From: Babesia bigemina
Taxonomy: Eukaryota
Assembly: GCF_000981445.1 (NCBI RefSeq)
Contig: NC_027217.1
Coordinates: 2,356,001 to 2,420,000 of the forward strand
DNA length: 64,000 nt
Direction of reading: 5' to 3'
Each line of letters starts with the position of its first letter. The stretch's first letter is position 1. Shown in pieces: positions 35,992 to 47,268 of the stretch. The position numbers and the translations under genes are program-made. The notes under the pieces were generated by a model. The model was not told where the DNA came from and made no database searches. It saw only the letters and a program-made list of their open reading frames with translations.

Positions 35992-38900
35992 ATGGCGGCG
36001 CGATCCGGCGCGGCGCCGCTGTTCAGCAACCCACTGGGCCTGTCCCAGGCCTATGAGCTGCTGACGTCGATAAATGTGATCGTCGTGCGTACACATGGGA
36101 CTTCCGACGAGTGCTACGCGCGATGTGTAGAGTACCTGCGGACTCGGATGCGTTTTGTGTCCGTAAATGACCTGCGGGCTACGCAGCCGAACTACGAACC
36201 GGGCGCGAAGGAACGACAGCACGAGCGTTACGTGCTGTCGATTAACCAGTCCGACACCCTGGCGGTAGCGGCGGAGATCGAGGCTTCGTACATATCGGCG
36301 GAGAGCGTGACCCGCAACATCCTGTTTCCCGACGTGTCGTCGGCGCCTTACGTGCTGGGAGCCTCGCCAAAAACCAGCGCAGTCGACGAGACGAGCCTGT
36401 TTACCATCCGGTACATCGAGGAAGGCTTTCCGCAGTACCTGGACTCCGGACTCTTCTACCAGGGGACCGTATCGGCCGGGATTGTCATCCACGACACCGA
36501 GGTCGAGAACAACCAGGAGCTCAAGGATCTGTTTTACGCCGAGGTCAACCGCCTCTACGATCGCTACGGAGTTTCGGTCGTCCACATGCTATGCCGCTCC
36601 TCGCGCGGTTTCGAGCTTTTTTCCCGCGAGTACCTCTGCCCGCTCTACCCGTGGCTCAAGTACAGCGAGCGCTCGCACAGGCTGCGGGTTGACACGAGCA
36701 ACGATCTCTTCTCGAACCACATCCTCCACAAATCCAACGCCCGCGAGACCATCATCCTGTACAGCTCGTGCGACAGGATGACCTACTTCTTGCGAGAGCT
36801 GATGGTGCACTGCTTGGTCTGCGTTCTGCGGATGCTCATGGCCGCACTGGAGAACGACCGGTTGCCCGAGAGCCAGATCGTCACTCGGTATGACAACCCC
36901 GAACTTCTGAACGGGTTATCGAGGAAGCAACGCGCGCAGCTCAACACGGCGAGGACGCTGAAGATCCACGGTGACATTTACCTCATGTTGAACAACCTGC
37001 CCAAGGCGATAGCCACCTACACCCTGGCGAAGCAGCGCTGCAAAAAAGTGCAAGACGAGCTGTTTCGCAGTTCGGCAGGGTTCTGCCTCGCAATCGCCCT
37101 ATCACGGCTCTCACAGATCAAGGAGCAGGAGCACAAAGACGCGACTGCCGCGGGCACCGGGCGGGCGGCTTTGTTGGGGTTGGTTGCGCAACCGCCAACG
37201 CGCAACACACTTCGGTGCGGTGCCAGAAACGACTGCTGTAAGGACGACACGGGCGACTACGCACTCACAACGGATGTTGTGAATGCCCACATCGCCGCTG
37301 CAGCGCGACATGCAGCGCCCCACCGGTTTTCAGCAGCCCATGACATGCAATCAGACGACGTGATGGGCGCCGAACACGCGCACGTGCGAAATCCCAGGTC
37401 GCTGAGATCGACTCCGAGGTCGCCGGCGTTAGATGCGATGTCCAGCGTGCCCGGCAGCCCGCAGTCCTACTACATTTCCGAGCATGGGGACGCAGTCACG
37501 GAAGACGAGCGCAACGCGACGAACACGCCCACCGTAAACGGCTCAGCCCAGCACTCACCCACGAACATGAAGAGCATACGGTCGGCGGGGATGACGATGC
37601 TGCCGCTGCCTGCCGACTTCGAGCCGCAGTCGGCCCAGCCGCGTGAAGCTGAGGGCGCGGCACCGTACGTGGACAAGAACGCCGAAAGGATAGTGCGCAC
37701 CTTCACCAAGGCCGCCACCCGGTGGCTCCAGCTGGCACGGGTGCCCGGCAGGGAACTTGAGGTATGCCTGCCGATCATGATGCACTACCTGCGCGACAAT
37801 GGGCACCACAGGCATCTGCATTGGATCATCGCGCGTATGGTGGAGCTGGCGGACACGTGCCTGTCGGCCGTGGAGTACACCAACGTGCTGCGCTACGCCA
37901 TCGACGTTACCCGCGGCGAGCCGTTTCGGCGCAAGTGGAGCTTCTACAACTTCCTCTACGAGCACCGAAGGCTGGCCAACGGTTTCGCGGTACCCAGGGA
38001 GATGGTGGACGATGTGGTCAGGCGCTTTGGGCTGGTGACGTCGCTGCCCGAGGAGGCCCCTGCTTCCACCAGCATCTGCCCGTCAAGCGCTGGACTGCCG
38101 TCGGTGTGCTCGCTGCATCACCAATCGGATATCCCGTCGCTGCAGGCGTCAGCGCGCACCGCAACTCCGCAGTCGCAACCGGCCGACAATAGCCCCTCGA
38201 TTGACCCTTCGCAGTCTCCAGTCAGCGAGGCGGCGACCGGTGTCGCCCACGTGGCTGGTGTTGCTGGCTCAGCCATTGTTCATCGCACGCAACAACCGGG
38301 GACTCGTGCCACGAGGTCGCTGCATTTCGAGCCCAACAGCCGGCTCAGCACACCCAGTGTGGACCACGCGGACGCCGCACCGACTGCACGGATGGCGCCG
38401 GAGCTGGCGGACCAGTTCGCCGAGGCCAGTCTCAGCGTTGTCAAAAGGTTGGCAGTCGGGCAGTCCACCGTGCAAAGCGCGTCGAATGCGGTGCTGCGGT
38501 ACCACCCTCGACACAAACGCAGCTACCATTCCGACGCTTCGGGTGCGTTACTCGATATCGCCGCCCTCACGGATTCGCCCTTCGCTGCTGATGCGCCCGG
38601 CGTGTACCCGCGGTTTCCGGAGCCGTTGGAGCGCTCGCTTGAGCGGGTGACGCGGATCATCGGGCAGCCGTCTGTCTGTAACTTCTGGCGGAACGAAGGC
38701 ATCACCGCGGACTGGCGGCTGACGCATTTCTTCGGGATCTCGCGCGCATATATCGACGTGGCGATGCGCGAGTGCGACGCCTACGGCATGAGGCTGCAGA
38801 ATGCCCACCTCTCGCTGATCAGCTTCATCATGGCGGCGGAGCGGCTGCTGCTCCACACGTCACGGAACCGCCCCCTGTCCCGATGCAGCTCCACAACCAG

Positions 38901-41900
38901 CAAGCCGGGTGAGGAGAAGGCCAAGCCTAAAGAGGGCGCTGGTAAACCCGAGGGCGACAGCGGCAAACCGGAGGGTGGCAGGACCAAGATAGACGGGGAA
39001 GCCAACGACCTCCGCAGTGACGCCCCAACCAAGGACCCCTACAACCACGACGCAGTCTGCCACGACTTCCTAAAGCATCACGTCGATCAGATCGTCGCCA
39101 ACTGCCGCGTTGTCGGCACCGGCGGTAGGTACTCTCTGTTCGACTTCGACCACGTTGTGCTCGCATCGGACGTGTCCGACGCGCTGACGCTCCCACGACG
39201 TGGTCACCGGCGCGTTGAGATGAGCACCGCAACGGCGCGCATCCCGATCAACCTGTGCTACTCCAACCGGAACCTGCTCTACATACTGGGCGGGCACGGC
39301 GGGTCGAACCTGGTGGTGCCGCACGTATGCGGCATGGACTACGTGCCACCGCGGGTGGGGAGCGACGACGTCATCCACGTCAAGTCGAACGTTAACATGG
39401 TACACTCCGCGCGTGCTCGGCATGCAGGCAGCAAGACGGACCACATATTCAAGCTGCGTGACACGCGTGGCTACAGGTGCAGGTGCGTTTGCGACTTCTC
39501 TCGCTGGGCGCACAGCAACGGCTCGATGCCGTCGTCGTCGCGAACCGTGGAAAGCGCGAGAAGCGCGGCCGATGCGCCCTACGGCACCCCTCGAAAGGGC
39601 GCACTGGGGCTGCCACGCTATGGTGCTGTGTCCTCCGAACCGCGCTGCCGGGTGGTCAACCAAGCGTCGTCGAAGGTGCCGAAATGTAAATTAGTCAAGG
39701 TTGACCCCGTGCTTGCGGAGTTGGTCGCCACCAATTCGGCTGCGGACGAGCCACATCCGCGGGAGGACGCCAAGGGCCACGAGGCGCGGCCTCGAGCCAT
39801 CGACGTTGACGTTGGCACCGTCCAGTCAATAGAAGTGCGACTGTGGAACCCACTGCCAGTGCAGTTCGTGGTTGAGGACCTGACCTTGATAACCGTGGGC
39901 GCCCGTGTGGATGTCGTTCGGCGCAGTGTGACCGTACCACCCTCGGCCAAGGAGCAAAAGGTGCTGATCCGGTTCGTTACGCGGTCCAAGGGCCGCGTGG
40001 ATGTGGTGGGCGTCACCTTCCGGATGCTGGGCTTCCTGCGCTGTAGCCAGGTTTTCCTCCGGGTGCCGCCGCCAGTGGTGCGCTCCACTGTGGAGTCGGT
40101 CACTGCGGAGCCGTGGTCGCTGCACGAGCGTGCCGCCGACCTCGTCAGGGACGGACGCGGGATCATGTTCACCGTCGGCAACGTTGTGTACAGGCCCAAC
40201 GTGAGTTACCAGAGCACGCGGATCACGGTGCCGCGGAATGTGCGGAACAACCTGGATCACGTCCTGTGCTCGGGCACCCGGAGGCGCAGCGGGCGGCATG
40301 ACCGCTCCCGCCACCCCGTGAACTTCATCAGGACGTCGTCCATAGTGTCGCACTGCACGCAGCGGTGCGAGTCGGACCTCTACGCGTCGCGGTTTGGGGT
40401 GAGGGTGCCGGCATCGAGTGACGCCTCGGTGCCGCAGACGGTCAGGCTGTGCTACAGGGACACGTGCTGGATCTGCTGCCTGACCAGGCAGAAGGGGCGG
40501 GAGATGGTGGTGCAAGACGCGCCGCAACTGGACCTCATAGAGGGCGAAGAGCGGCTCATCTATGTCACCGTCCACAACGACTCGGTGAACGTGATCCTGT
40601 CAAACGTGGCCGTCTCCGTCCTGCCGGTGCTCGACGAGCCGGAGGCGCTGTGCGAGGTGATGACGCTGAGCGACCGGGAGTACGCCACCATGAAGCAGCG
40701 CGCTGACATTGCCCAACGCGCCAGCGCGTCGGTGCGCAATTTCACGGTGCTGGCGGACAAGGCGGTGTCCATGCGGAACACGATCCCCGGGCTGAGCTCC
40801 ATCAACAACGCCGAGTCCCCGCGTAGCCACTGCTCGCTGGGCAGCTCGACGGCCAGCGCCCAGCCCATGCTGCAGGCGCCCGCTGCGGTGCTGCCAGGCA
40901 CCACCCTCTACATACCCATACTCTACCGTGCCGCCATAACCGCGTCCAGGTTCCACGTCAGGGTCGACTACGAGTACAGCGAGCGTGACGGGCCCGTTCG
41001 GGCGGCCATCTACAAAAGGATCAACCTCGCGGTGTCGAAGGGCATATCGATAGGGCAAATGGGGATGATCGTGAAGCCGCGCGTCAGCTTCGACATTGCG
41101 GCGCTGGTTGCCACCCTGAAGCAGCGCCACCTGCAGCTGTCGACGCTCGGGGCCCTGCAAATGTACAAGCACGTGTTCGACGACCAGGAGGTGGACGTGA
41201 TACTGAGCGTGGCCAACGCCACTGACGAGCCGTTTTTGTGCCTGAGCGGCGGCGCCAACAGCGCGTTCGTCGCGCTGCCCAAGGCGGAGTCGCACTGGAG
41301 GATCACCGCGCGGCGGCTGCTCTACGTCGAGGCTAAACGCATGTGCCCGTTCTCGTTTGTGCAACTGCTCGACCACCACATGGCTCTGCGCTGGTCTCTA
41401 GGTGAGGTGCGTGAGGGCGAGCTGCGCATCAGCGACCTCACGCACCAGAAGCCGAAGCCCATGCCCGGATCCAGGGCCGGCCGACGCCTGTTCTCGAAGC
41501 GCGAATACAAGACCGCCGTGCTGCGGCAATGCACCAGGCCTGCGCTCTGGCGGATGAAGGTTGCTGGGCGCCCGCTCTCCATCGTGCGCTACTCGAGGGT
41601 GCCGGAGATCGTGCACACCAACCTGCACCACCTGGTGGAGTCGAAAATAACGATGGACATTTCCGTGACGGCGGACTCGCCGGGCGCAGTCAGCGCGCCG
41701 GACACCCTGCTCAACGAGTCGTGCGTGACCACGATGGAAGGCACGCCGTTCACGGTGAAGGTGTTTGCGCGCAACAACGGCGACGTGCCCGTGCACAGCT
41801 ACACCACGGTCATCGTGCCGTTCCTCTACGGGGCATGCGGCCACCCTCGTGGCCTCCGCTGGACGGGCGCGCTGGAGCAGGTGGGCATGCAGCACCTGCT

Positions 41901-42159
41901 GCCTGCCGCTCGGATCGTCACGCGCACGCCGGCCCCGACCACCTCCGACGTCGGCAGCCCCCGGAGCCAGCAACATCAGGGCAGCCCCTCGCCTCGGGGC
42001 ATTGAGATATTAGATAGGCAGGTGCCAGTGGCACACCTGTCGTTGGTCGCGCACGAGAGCAGCATCTACGGGGTAACGGCGGCGATCGTGGTCCGCCGCG
42101 ACCAGGCTGTCTACTGGCATCACAGGCCCGTGGTCATCCACGTGGTGCCCCGGAGCTAG
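35992..42159 (+). CDS. TRS120: TRAPP II subunit Trs120/TRAPPC9-like (~2055 aa, apparently one exon)
   Basis: RTLKIHGDIYLM..AIATY..DELFRSSA, RRKWSFY and VRLWNPLPVQFVVEDLTL, followed by Ig-like segments. Confidence 0.75.
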   Translation: MAARSGAAPLFSNPLGLSQAYELLTSINVIVVRTHGTSDECYARCVEYLRTRMRFVSVNDLRATQPNYEPGAKERQHERYVLSINQSDTLAVAAEIEASYISAESVTRNILFPDVSSAPYVLGASPKTSAVDETSLFTIRYIEEGFPQYLDSGLFYQGTVSAGIVIHDTEVENNQELKDLFYAEVNRLYDRYGVSVVHMLCRSSRGFELFSREYLCPLYPWLKYSERSHRLRVDTSNDLFSNHILHKSNARETIILYSSCDRMTYFLRELMVHCLVCVLRMLMAALENDRLPESQIVTRYDNPELLNGLSRKQRAQLNTARTLKIHGDIYLMLNNLPKAIATYTLAKQRCKKVQDELFRSSAGFCLAIALSRLSQIKEQEHKDATAAGTGRAALLGLVAQPPTRNTLRCGARNDCCKDDTGDYALTTDVVNAHIAAAARHAAPHRFSAAHDMQSDDVMGAEHAHVRNPRSLRSTPRSPALDAMSSVPGSPQSYYISEHGDAVTEDERNATNTPTVNGSAQHSPTNMKSIRSAGMTMLPLPADFEPQSAQPREAEGAAPYVDKNAERIVRTFTKAATRWLQLARVPGRELEVCLPIMMHYLRDNGHHRHLHWIIARMVELADTCLSAVEYTNVLRYAIDVTRGEPFRRKWSFYNFLYEHRRLANGFAVPREMVDDVVRRFGLVTSLPEEAPASTSICPSSAGLPSVCSLHHQSDIPSLQASARTATPQSQPADNSPSIDPSQSPVSEAATGVAHVAGVAGSAIVHRTQQPGTRATRSLHFEPNSRLSTPSVDHADAAPTARMAPELADQFAEASLSVVKRLAVGQSTVQSASNAVLRYHPRHKRSYHSDASGALLDIAALTDSPFAADAPGVYPRFPEPLERSLERVTRIIGQPSVCNFWRNEGITADWRLTHFFGISRAYIDVAMRECDAYGMRLQNAHLSLISFIMAAERLLLHTSRNRPLSRCSSTTSKPGEEKAKPKEGAGKPEGDSGKPEGGRTKIDGEANDLRSDAPTKDPYNHDAVCHDFLKHHVDQIVANCRVVGTGGRYSLFDFDHVVLASDVSDALTLPRRGHRRVEMSTATARIPINLCYSNRNLLYILGGHGGSNLVVPHVCGMDYVPPRVGSDDVIHVKSNVNMVHSARARHAGSKTDHIFKLRDTRGYRCRCVCDFSRWAHSNGSMPSSSRTVESARSAADAPYGTPRKGALGLPRYGAVSSEPRCRVVNQASSKVPKCKLVKVDPVLAELVATNSAADEPHPREDAKGHEARPRAIDVDVGTVQSIEVRLWNPLPVQFVVEDLTLITVGARVDVVRRSVTVPPSAKEQKVLIRFVTRSKGRVDVVGVTFRMLGFLRCSQVFLRVPPPVVRSTVESVTAEPWSLHERAADLVRDGRGIMFTVGNVVYRPNVSYQSTRITVPRNVRNNLDHVLCSGTRRRSGRHDRSRHPVNFIRTSSIVSHCTQRCESDLYASRFGVRVPASSDASVPQTVRLCYRDTCWICCLTRQKGREMVVQDAPQLDLIEGEERLIYVTVHNDSVNVILSNVAVSVLPVLDEPEALCEVMTLSDREYATMKQRADIAQRASASVRNFTVLADKAVSMRNTIPGLSSINNAESPRSHCSLGSSTASAQPMLQAPAAVLPGTTLYIPILYRAAITASRFHVRVDYEYSERDGPVRAAIYKRINLAVSKGISIGQMGMIVKPRVSFDIAALVATLKQRHLQLSTLGALQMYKHVFDDQEVDVILSVANATDEPFLCLSGGANSAFVALPKAESHWRITARRLLYVEAKRMCPFSFVQLLDHHMALRWSLGEVREGELRISDLTHQKPKPMPGSRAGRRLFSKREYKTAVLRQCTRPALWRMKVAGRPLSIVRYSRVPEIVHTNLHHLVESKITMDISVTADSPGAVSAPDTLLNESCVTTMEGTPFTVKVFARNNGDVPVHSYTTVIVPFLYGACGHPRGLRWTGALEQVGMQHLLPAARIVTRTPAPTTSDVGSPRSQQHQGSPSPRGIEILDRQVPVAHLSLVAHESSIYGVTAAIVVRRDQAVYWHHRPVVIHVVPRS

Positions 42160-42210
42160 GGCAGACACGACCCGGCACTGCTGCCGCCATAATTTTATAC
42201 ACACGTACTA

Positions 42211-43212
42211 ATGACAAATAGAGTTGTGTTGCCGGGGTTCTGTCTGGGCGCCTCCGCGGCCAAGTGTGCCGACGACAACGTCCACGTCCGGAACACGCTC
42301 ATCCACTCCGCTGTGCTCGGCACCGCCACCGTTAATCAGGATTCCAAGGACGGGGTAAGTGGCTGCGCCGCTGTGTTGCCTCATCGGTTTCAGGTGCCCA
42401 CGATCGCACTCCGTACCTGCGCCACCGCCGCCCCGGCCGTCGGCGCTATCGTTGTCGCGCAGGTGTCCAAGCTGACGGCGAATCAGGTCGAGTGCTGCAT
42501 CGTCTGCATCGGTGACAAGCCGGTGCCCGAGGGGCTGAAGGGCGTCATCATGAGCAGCAACATCCACGAGTCGAAGGCCATCGACTCCACGGTGTACGAA
42601 TGGTTCCGCCCCGGCGACTTCGTCCGCGCACGCGTCATTTCCACCAGCGACGCCAAGCAGCTGATGCTGAGCACGGCGCATCGCGACCTGGGTGTCATCA
42701 GAATCCCCACCGCAAATGGTACGTTGCTGATTCTCCGTTCCCGCAGTGGCAGTGTCCCGCTTTGATGTTACTAAACTCTTACACATTTCCAATACGAGCT
42801 AAATATCGCAATGAGCAGTAGTGTTTCTGCCATTCGCTTGTGTCTTCATACGCATTTAATCTCCCTGTCCACCCGTATGTCACGCTGAAGTGCGACTGCA
42901 TGTCAGCCGCTGAATGGAGTGTCGGTTGAGAGCATTATTACCGAGGTCAATCCCAACGCGGTGTAATTATGTTCCAATACGATATGCGCTGTGTATAAGA
43001 AGGTGTCTTAGTGTGATACGTAGATTACATTATTCGCTACGGTTAGGTCTTGACCATCGTGCAGAAAGGATGGTGCCGATTTCGTGGAAGTTTTTCCTCG
43101 GTTACAAATCGGGGGTAGTGGTGAAAAGGTGAGCTCATTGAAGTTGTGTCCGTCAAAGACGCTCAGGAAAGTCGCTCATCCGCTAGCCACGATCGACAAG
43201 GGCAACCCGTGA
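42211..43212 (+). CDS. CSL4: Exosome complex component CSL4, multi-exon
   Basis: VVLPG, P.VGAIVVAQV, FRPGDFVRARVIS, LSTAHRDLGVI, MVPISW and KRKVA. Confidence 0.9.
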
Positions 43213-43266
43213 TCACAGCTTATCGCAGTTACACTGACGAACAGAAGTCCGGCCAGGCAGCTGGCC

Positions 43267-44501
43267 TCACGACACAATCGCACCCAAAAGACTCGTTGGG
43301 ACTTTTGATTCTGAATCATCAACTTGTTTTGGCTTGCGTTCCTTGGGGCGTAGTTTTAACTTGTGCGTGTAAGCGTCTTGGCCTCTCTTGCGGCGCGCAG
43401 CCTCCGCAGCCTTTTGCCGCTTCTCAGCCTCCAGCTGCTCTAGGTAGTTGTAATTCTCCTTGCGCGACTGTGAGAGGTGATACGTCAGCTTCTCCTTCCT
43501 CTCGTTCTTGTGCCGATGCAGGTACTCCATGACGTCACGGAACTTGTAACGCGGCAGGTATTTGAGGTTCCACAGGTCGTCACGCCAGAAGTTGTGGCGT
43601 TTTTTCTCGCCCACAGGCTGGCCATTCAGGCGTGCAGCTACGAGCTTGGCCACCTTCTTGTCCAGGAACTCGATCCAGCCGTGCTCGAACTTCACCTTCT
43701 TGTTACCGCCCAGCTTAACGCGCTTCTTGTACGACGATATGGTTTCCGGTTCCGCGTATATCTTGCCCACTTTGCCAAAGCGGCTGAAATAGCTGCGCAT
43801 CTTGCTGATACTCATAAACGGCGGGATGCGCGAACAGAAGACCACGCCGCTCCTGTCAACAGCATCTGGGTCGGGCGACTCCAGTGGGTGGTTCACAACG
43901 CCGTCCAATTCATAGTCATCATACTCATCACCCTCATCCTCGTTATCGGATGAGGCGTCTCCACCATCACTTTCCTTTCCCTCAGCAGAATCTCCCACCT
44001 CGTCGGATGACTCCTCCTTGAGTGACTCATCGCTCGACGTAGAATCCTTGGCTCCAGCTACTTTCTCATTGGAGGGTTCCTCTTCATCAGAATCACTTTC
44101 TTTATCGGATGAATCATCACTTGACGAAGGGCTTTCAGCTTCCGTTGCGGTTTCACTAGAGGAGCCGTCATTAGATAAACTTTCATTATCGGACGAAGAA
44201 TCGTCATCAGATGATTCCTTGTCATTGTAAGAGTCATCGCTTGACGAAGAATCGTTGTTTCTAACTATACTTTTATCAGAGGAGTCGTCGTCAGATGAAC
44301 TTTCCTCATCAGATGAACTTTCATCACCAGATGATGTTTCCTCAGATGAATCATCATCATTGCCAGATGAGCTATCCTCGTCAGACGAATCATCATCGTT
44401 ACCAGATGAACTGTCCTCATCAGACGAATCATCATCATTACCAGATGAGCTTTCCTCAGATGAATCATCATCATTACCAGATGAGATTTCCTCGTCAGAC
44501 G

Positions 44502-44536
<35 letters not shown>

Positions 44537-45399
44537 CCAGATGAACTTTCCTCGTCAGACGAATCATCATCATCGTTACCAGATGAGATTTCCTCGTCAG
44601 ACGAATCATCATCATCATTGCCAGATTCACTTCCCTCAGATAAATCATCATCATCATCATCACCAGATGATCTTTCCTCAGATGAATCATCATCATTGCC
44701 AGATGAGCTATGCTCGTCAGACGAATCATCCTCACTCGAAGAAGAGTCTTGGTCGCTTTCGCCCTCGTCAGAAGATTCCTCGTCAGAGCTGCTTGTAGCT
44801 ACGTCGGATGAGCTTTCGGAATCCGATGAGTTGCTGCTGGCTGAAGAATCTTCGTCGCTACTTGAACCTCCACTTGACGAATCTTCATCAGAGGAGTCAT
44901 CAGACGACGCATCATTTTCCTCCAATGATCTTTTATAACCACGTTCTGTTGGCGCTGCTGATGTGCCACGGTGTGCTAGAGAATGCCGGCCATTAGCCTT
45001 AATGTTAGCCTTCACTCTCGCCACCGTCGCCGCGCCACGGCTGGAGGGGATGGGATCGCTCGCCGCAGTTTTGGATCCGCACACCTTCGCCTTCTTGATG
45101 ACGGAATCATTGGATATATCGCTCTTTTGACGTTTGGAATGCGAGGAAGGCGCGATCTGCTCCAGGACACGCTGCCTCTTCCGCCGAGACTTTTGGTGCA
45201 TTGGATCGTTGCGTTTGGAAATGTCGTTAGATTCCATCATGGCTTCAAAAGATCTCGCCATTTGCCGTCTTAAGGGTGCCTCCGTCTCCTTGTCTTGCGC
45301 GTGATTCTTTGATTCAGCCCGCCGCTTTGGGTGCGCGAGGTGTTTGTACGCACGCTTGGCGTCGGTGCATTTCGCCTTCTCCACGCCGTTACTACCCAT
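43267..45399 (-). CDS. ESF2: Pre-rRNA processing protein ESF2/ABT1 with a long Ser/Asp-rich insertion
   Basis: GVVFCSRIPPFM, FEHGWIEFLDKKVAKLVA.RLNGQPVG and DDLWNLKYLPRYKF. Confidence 0.92.
44283..44730 (-). repeat. Coding minisatellite (~33-42 bp unit, DDSSDEESSSGND) with (GAT)n runs
   Basis: About ten degenerate copies are visible, including a run of about 11 TCA triplets near 44503-44535. Confidence 0.9.
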
Positions 45400-45569
45400 T
45401 TTTGATCCGCAAATATTCGAGTGATGCCCACGGGCAGCTTGCCGGCCGTGGTGCGGCTACCACTTTGGCAGGCCTTCCGTGGTGGTGTCTAGGTGCAACA
45501 TGTTTCCAGATGCAGACCCACTAAACATTCGTCTGTATGCGGGCGATAAAAGCATGGGAAATACCGTTG

Positions 45570-46757
45570 ATGCATGTATATAGGCTGGTGTGTGGAGGCG
45601 CCGTGCGTCGGTTCTCCATTTACAACCATGGCCTTCAGCGGGAGGTCAAGGCGGGGCGGCTGACGCACTACGACGTGCTGCAGCTGCCGCGCGACGCCAG
45701 CGCGCAGCAGGTGAAAGAGGTGTGTCGTTGTGCGCGCTGTCGCTCTCATGTGCACAGGCCTACCTGCGCCTCGTGAAGCTGCATCACCCCGACGCTAGCA
45801 AGCGCCCAGACAGCCCCTCCATCTTCATCTGCATCAAGGAGGCACACGAGACGCTTGCCGACCCCGTCAAACGCAGGCAGTATGATGCGGAAATCGCAAA
45901 ATCGGCAGGGTGGGTTTGCACCGCGCGCGAGATCACACGCAATGCAGGGCGGCCAGTGCCCGGGCATCCATGCGACGTCAGCCGGGAGCGCGTGGCGCAG
46001 GATACGAGTACACCGAACCGCAAGGTATTTTTTCATCAGTTACATGCAGCATGTACACTCGAATAGTTATTGTTAACGACATGAGTTTCCGACCGTAATG
46101 CAAATTGCCACGGCAATGACACATGAGCAGCACATGACCGGGAGCGCTGGGAGCGCTACAGCCGCTACGTCAGGGGCGAGCGCAACGACGCGGGAGAGCG
46201 CTACGTCGTAGCAAAGACCGTATGTTTGCCTTTAGCGGCGTCTCGTCACGCGGCGGCAGATGTTGGCGCTCTGCGTCTCGGCCGCCACGGTGCTCGGCCT
46301 CTCAGTCTTCGCCGAGGAGTTCTTCAGCCACTTCAAAGGGGTGGGCGAGGAGGACGACGACGATGTGCACGTCGGCCGCACTAACGAGCGGCGGGTGGCG
46401 GCGTACTTCAATCCGGCCACCTCCAGGTGGGAGCGCATAGTGCCCCCCTTCGTGCCCCCAGCTCCCGCGGAGCTGCTGCGGCACTACGGCGACCTGGATG
46501 ACGACGATTTCGACGAAGCGCAGGTGGCGGCGGCGCTTCCAAAACGCGAGTTCGTGGTGATGGAGGTTGGTGCTTGCTTTAATCCGATTTTATCATTACA
46601 AGTTGCTGCAGAGGCCTTTCAGTCAGACCTACCGGCCGACGTTGCTCTACGACACAAGGTCGGGAAAATTGGTGGTGTTCCGAGATTAGCGTGCCACTGG
46701 GTGGCGCTCGCATCTCAACAAGAATACAGCCGCGGCATGGCGGTCAGTGCGATATGA
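45570..46757 (+). CDS. DnaJ-domain protein with a TM segment, probably mitochondrial, 3' end approximate
   Basis: THYDVLQL..AYLRLVKLHHPD..IKEAHETLADPVKRRQYD, N-terminal VRRFS and a downstream hydrophobic helix. Confidence 0.8.
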
Positions 46758-47268
46758 GAAAGTCTTCGGCAACCAAATACTGCGAATGCACTTTCATCTT
46801 GCCTTGGGAAACCTGCTGCACCTTAACGACCTTGTCGCCCGTGTGCTCCGCCACAGCAATGCCTGAGGCAAGATGCTGCCCGCCAGAGATGCTTTCGTGC
46901 ACTGACGACTCGCAGTGGCCACGTTTCTGCGCGTCCCCCGCTCTGCAAAAGGGCGGAATCATGGCCTGGTACATGGGCCCGACTCGGATTTTCCCGTCCA
47001 CCGACTGCATCCATTGTCTCTTCTCAGCCTTGTCCATGATTGTATCAAGCTGGAGACTGCTACCAGCCGCGGTTTTTGCAACGTCCAGGCGTCGGCCGGG
47101 ATGCGACGTCGGATTAATGAACCGGTTGAACGCGGCGCTCACACGTCCGTGTGTGCCAAAATTGTTGTCGAAAAGATACAAATCTCTCACTGATGGCTGC
47201 TCGCCTGAGTTTGCTGTAGTGCCCGCTCGTTGCGTGGTGTGACGCGCAAGACGCGGAAACCTGCTGCT
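46744..47268 (-). CDS. Exon of an ELM2-motif protein, full gene model unresolved
   Basis: KIRVGPMYQAMIP matches the ELM2 consensus IRVG..YQA.IP. Confidence 0.55.
   Translation of the reverse strand, partial: SSRFPRLARHTTQRAGTTANSGEQPSVRDLYLFDNNFGTHGRVSAAFNRFINPTSHPGRRLDVAKTAAGSSLQLDTIMDKAEKRQWMQSVDGKIRVGPMYQAMIPPFCRAGDAQKRGHCESSVHESISGGQHLASGIAVAEHTGDKVVKVQQVSQGKMKVHSQYLVAEDFLISH

Noticed and set aside
44255..44938. Poly-His, poly-Met and poly-Ser ORFs
   Set aside because: Alternative-frame readings of the ESF2 (GAT)n minisatellite.
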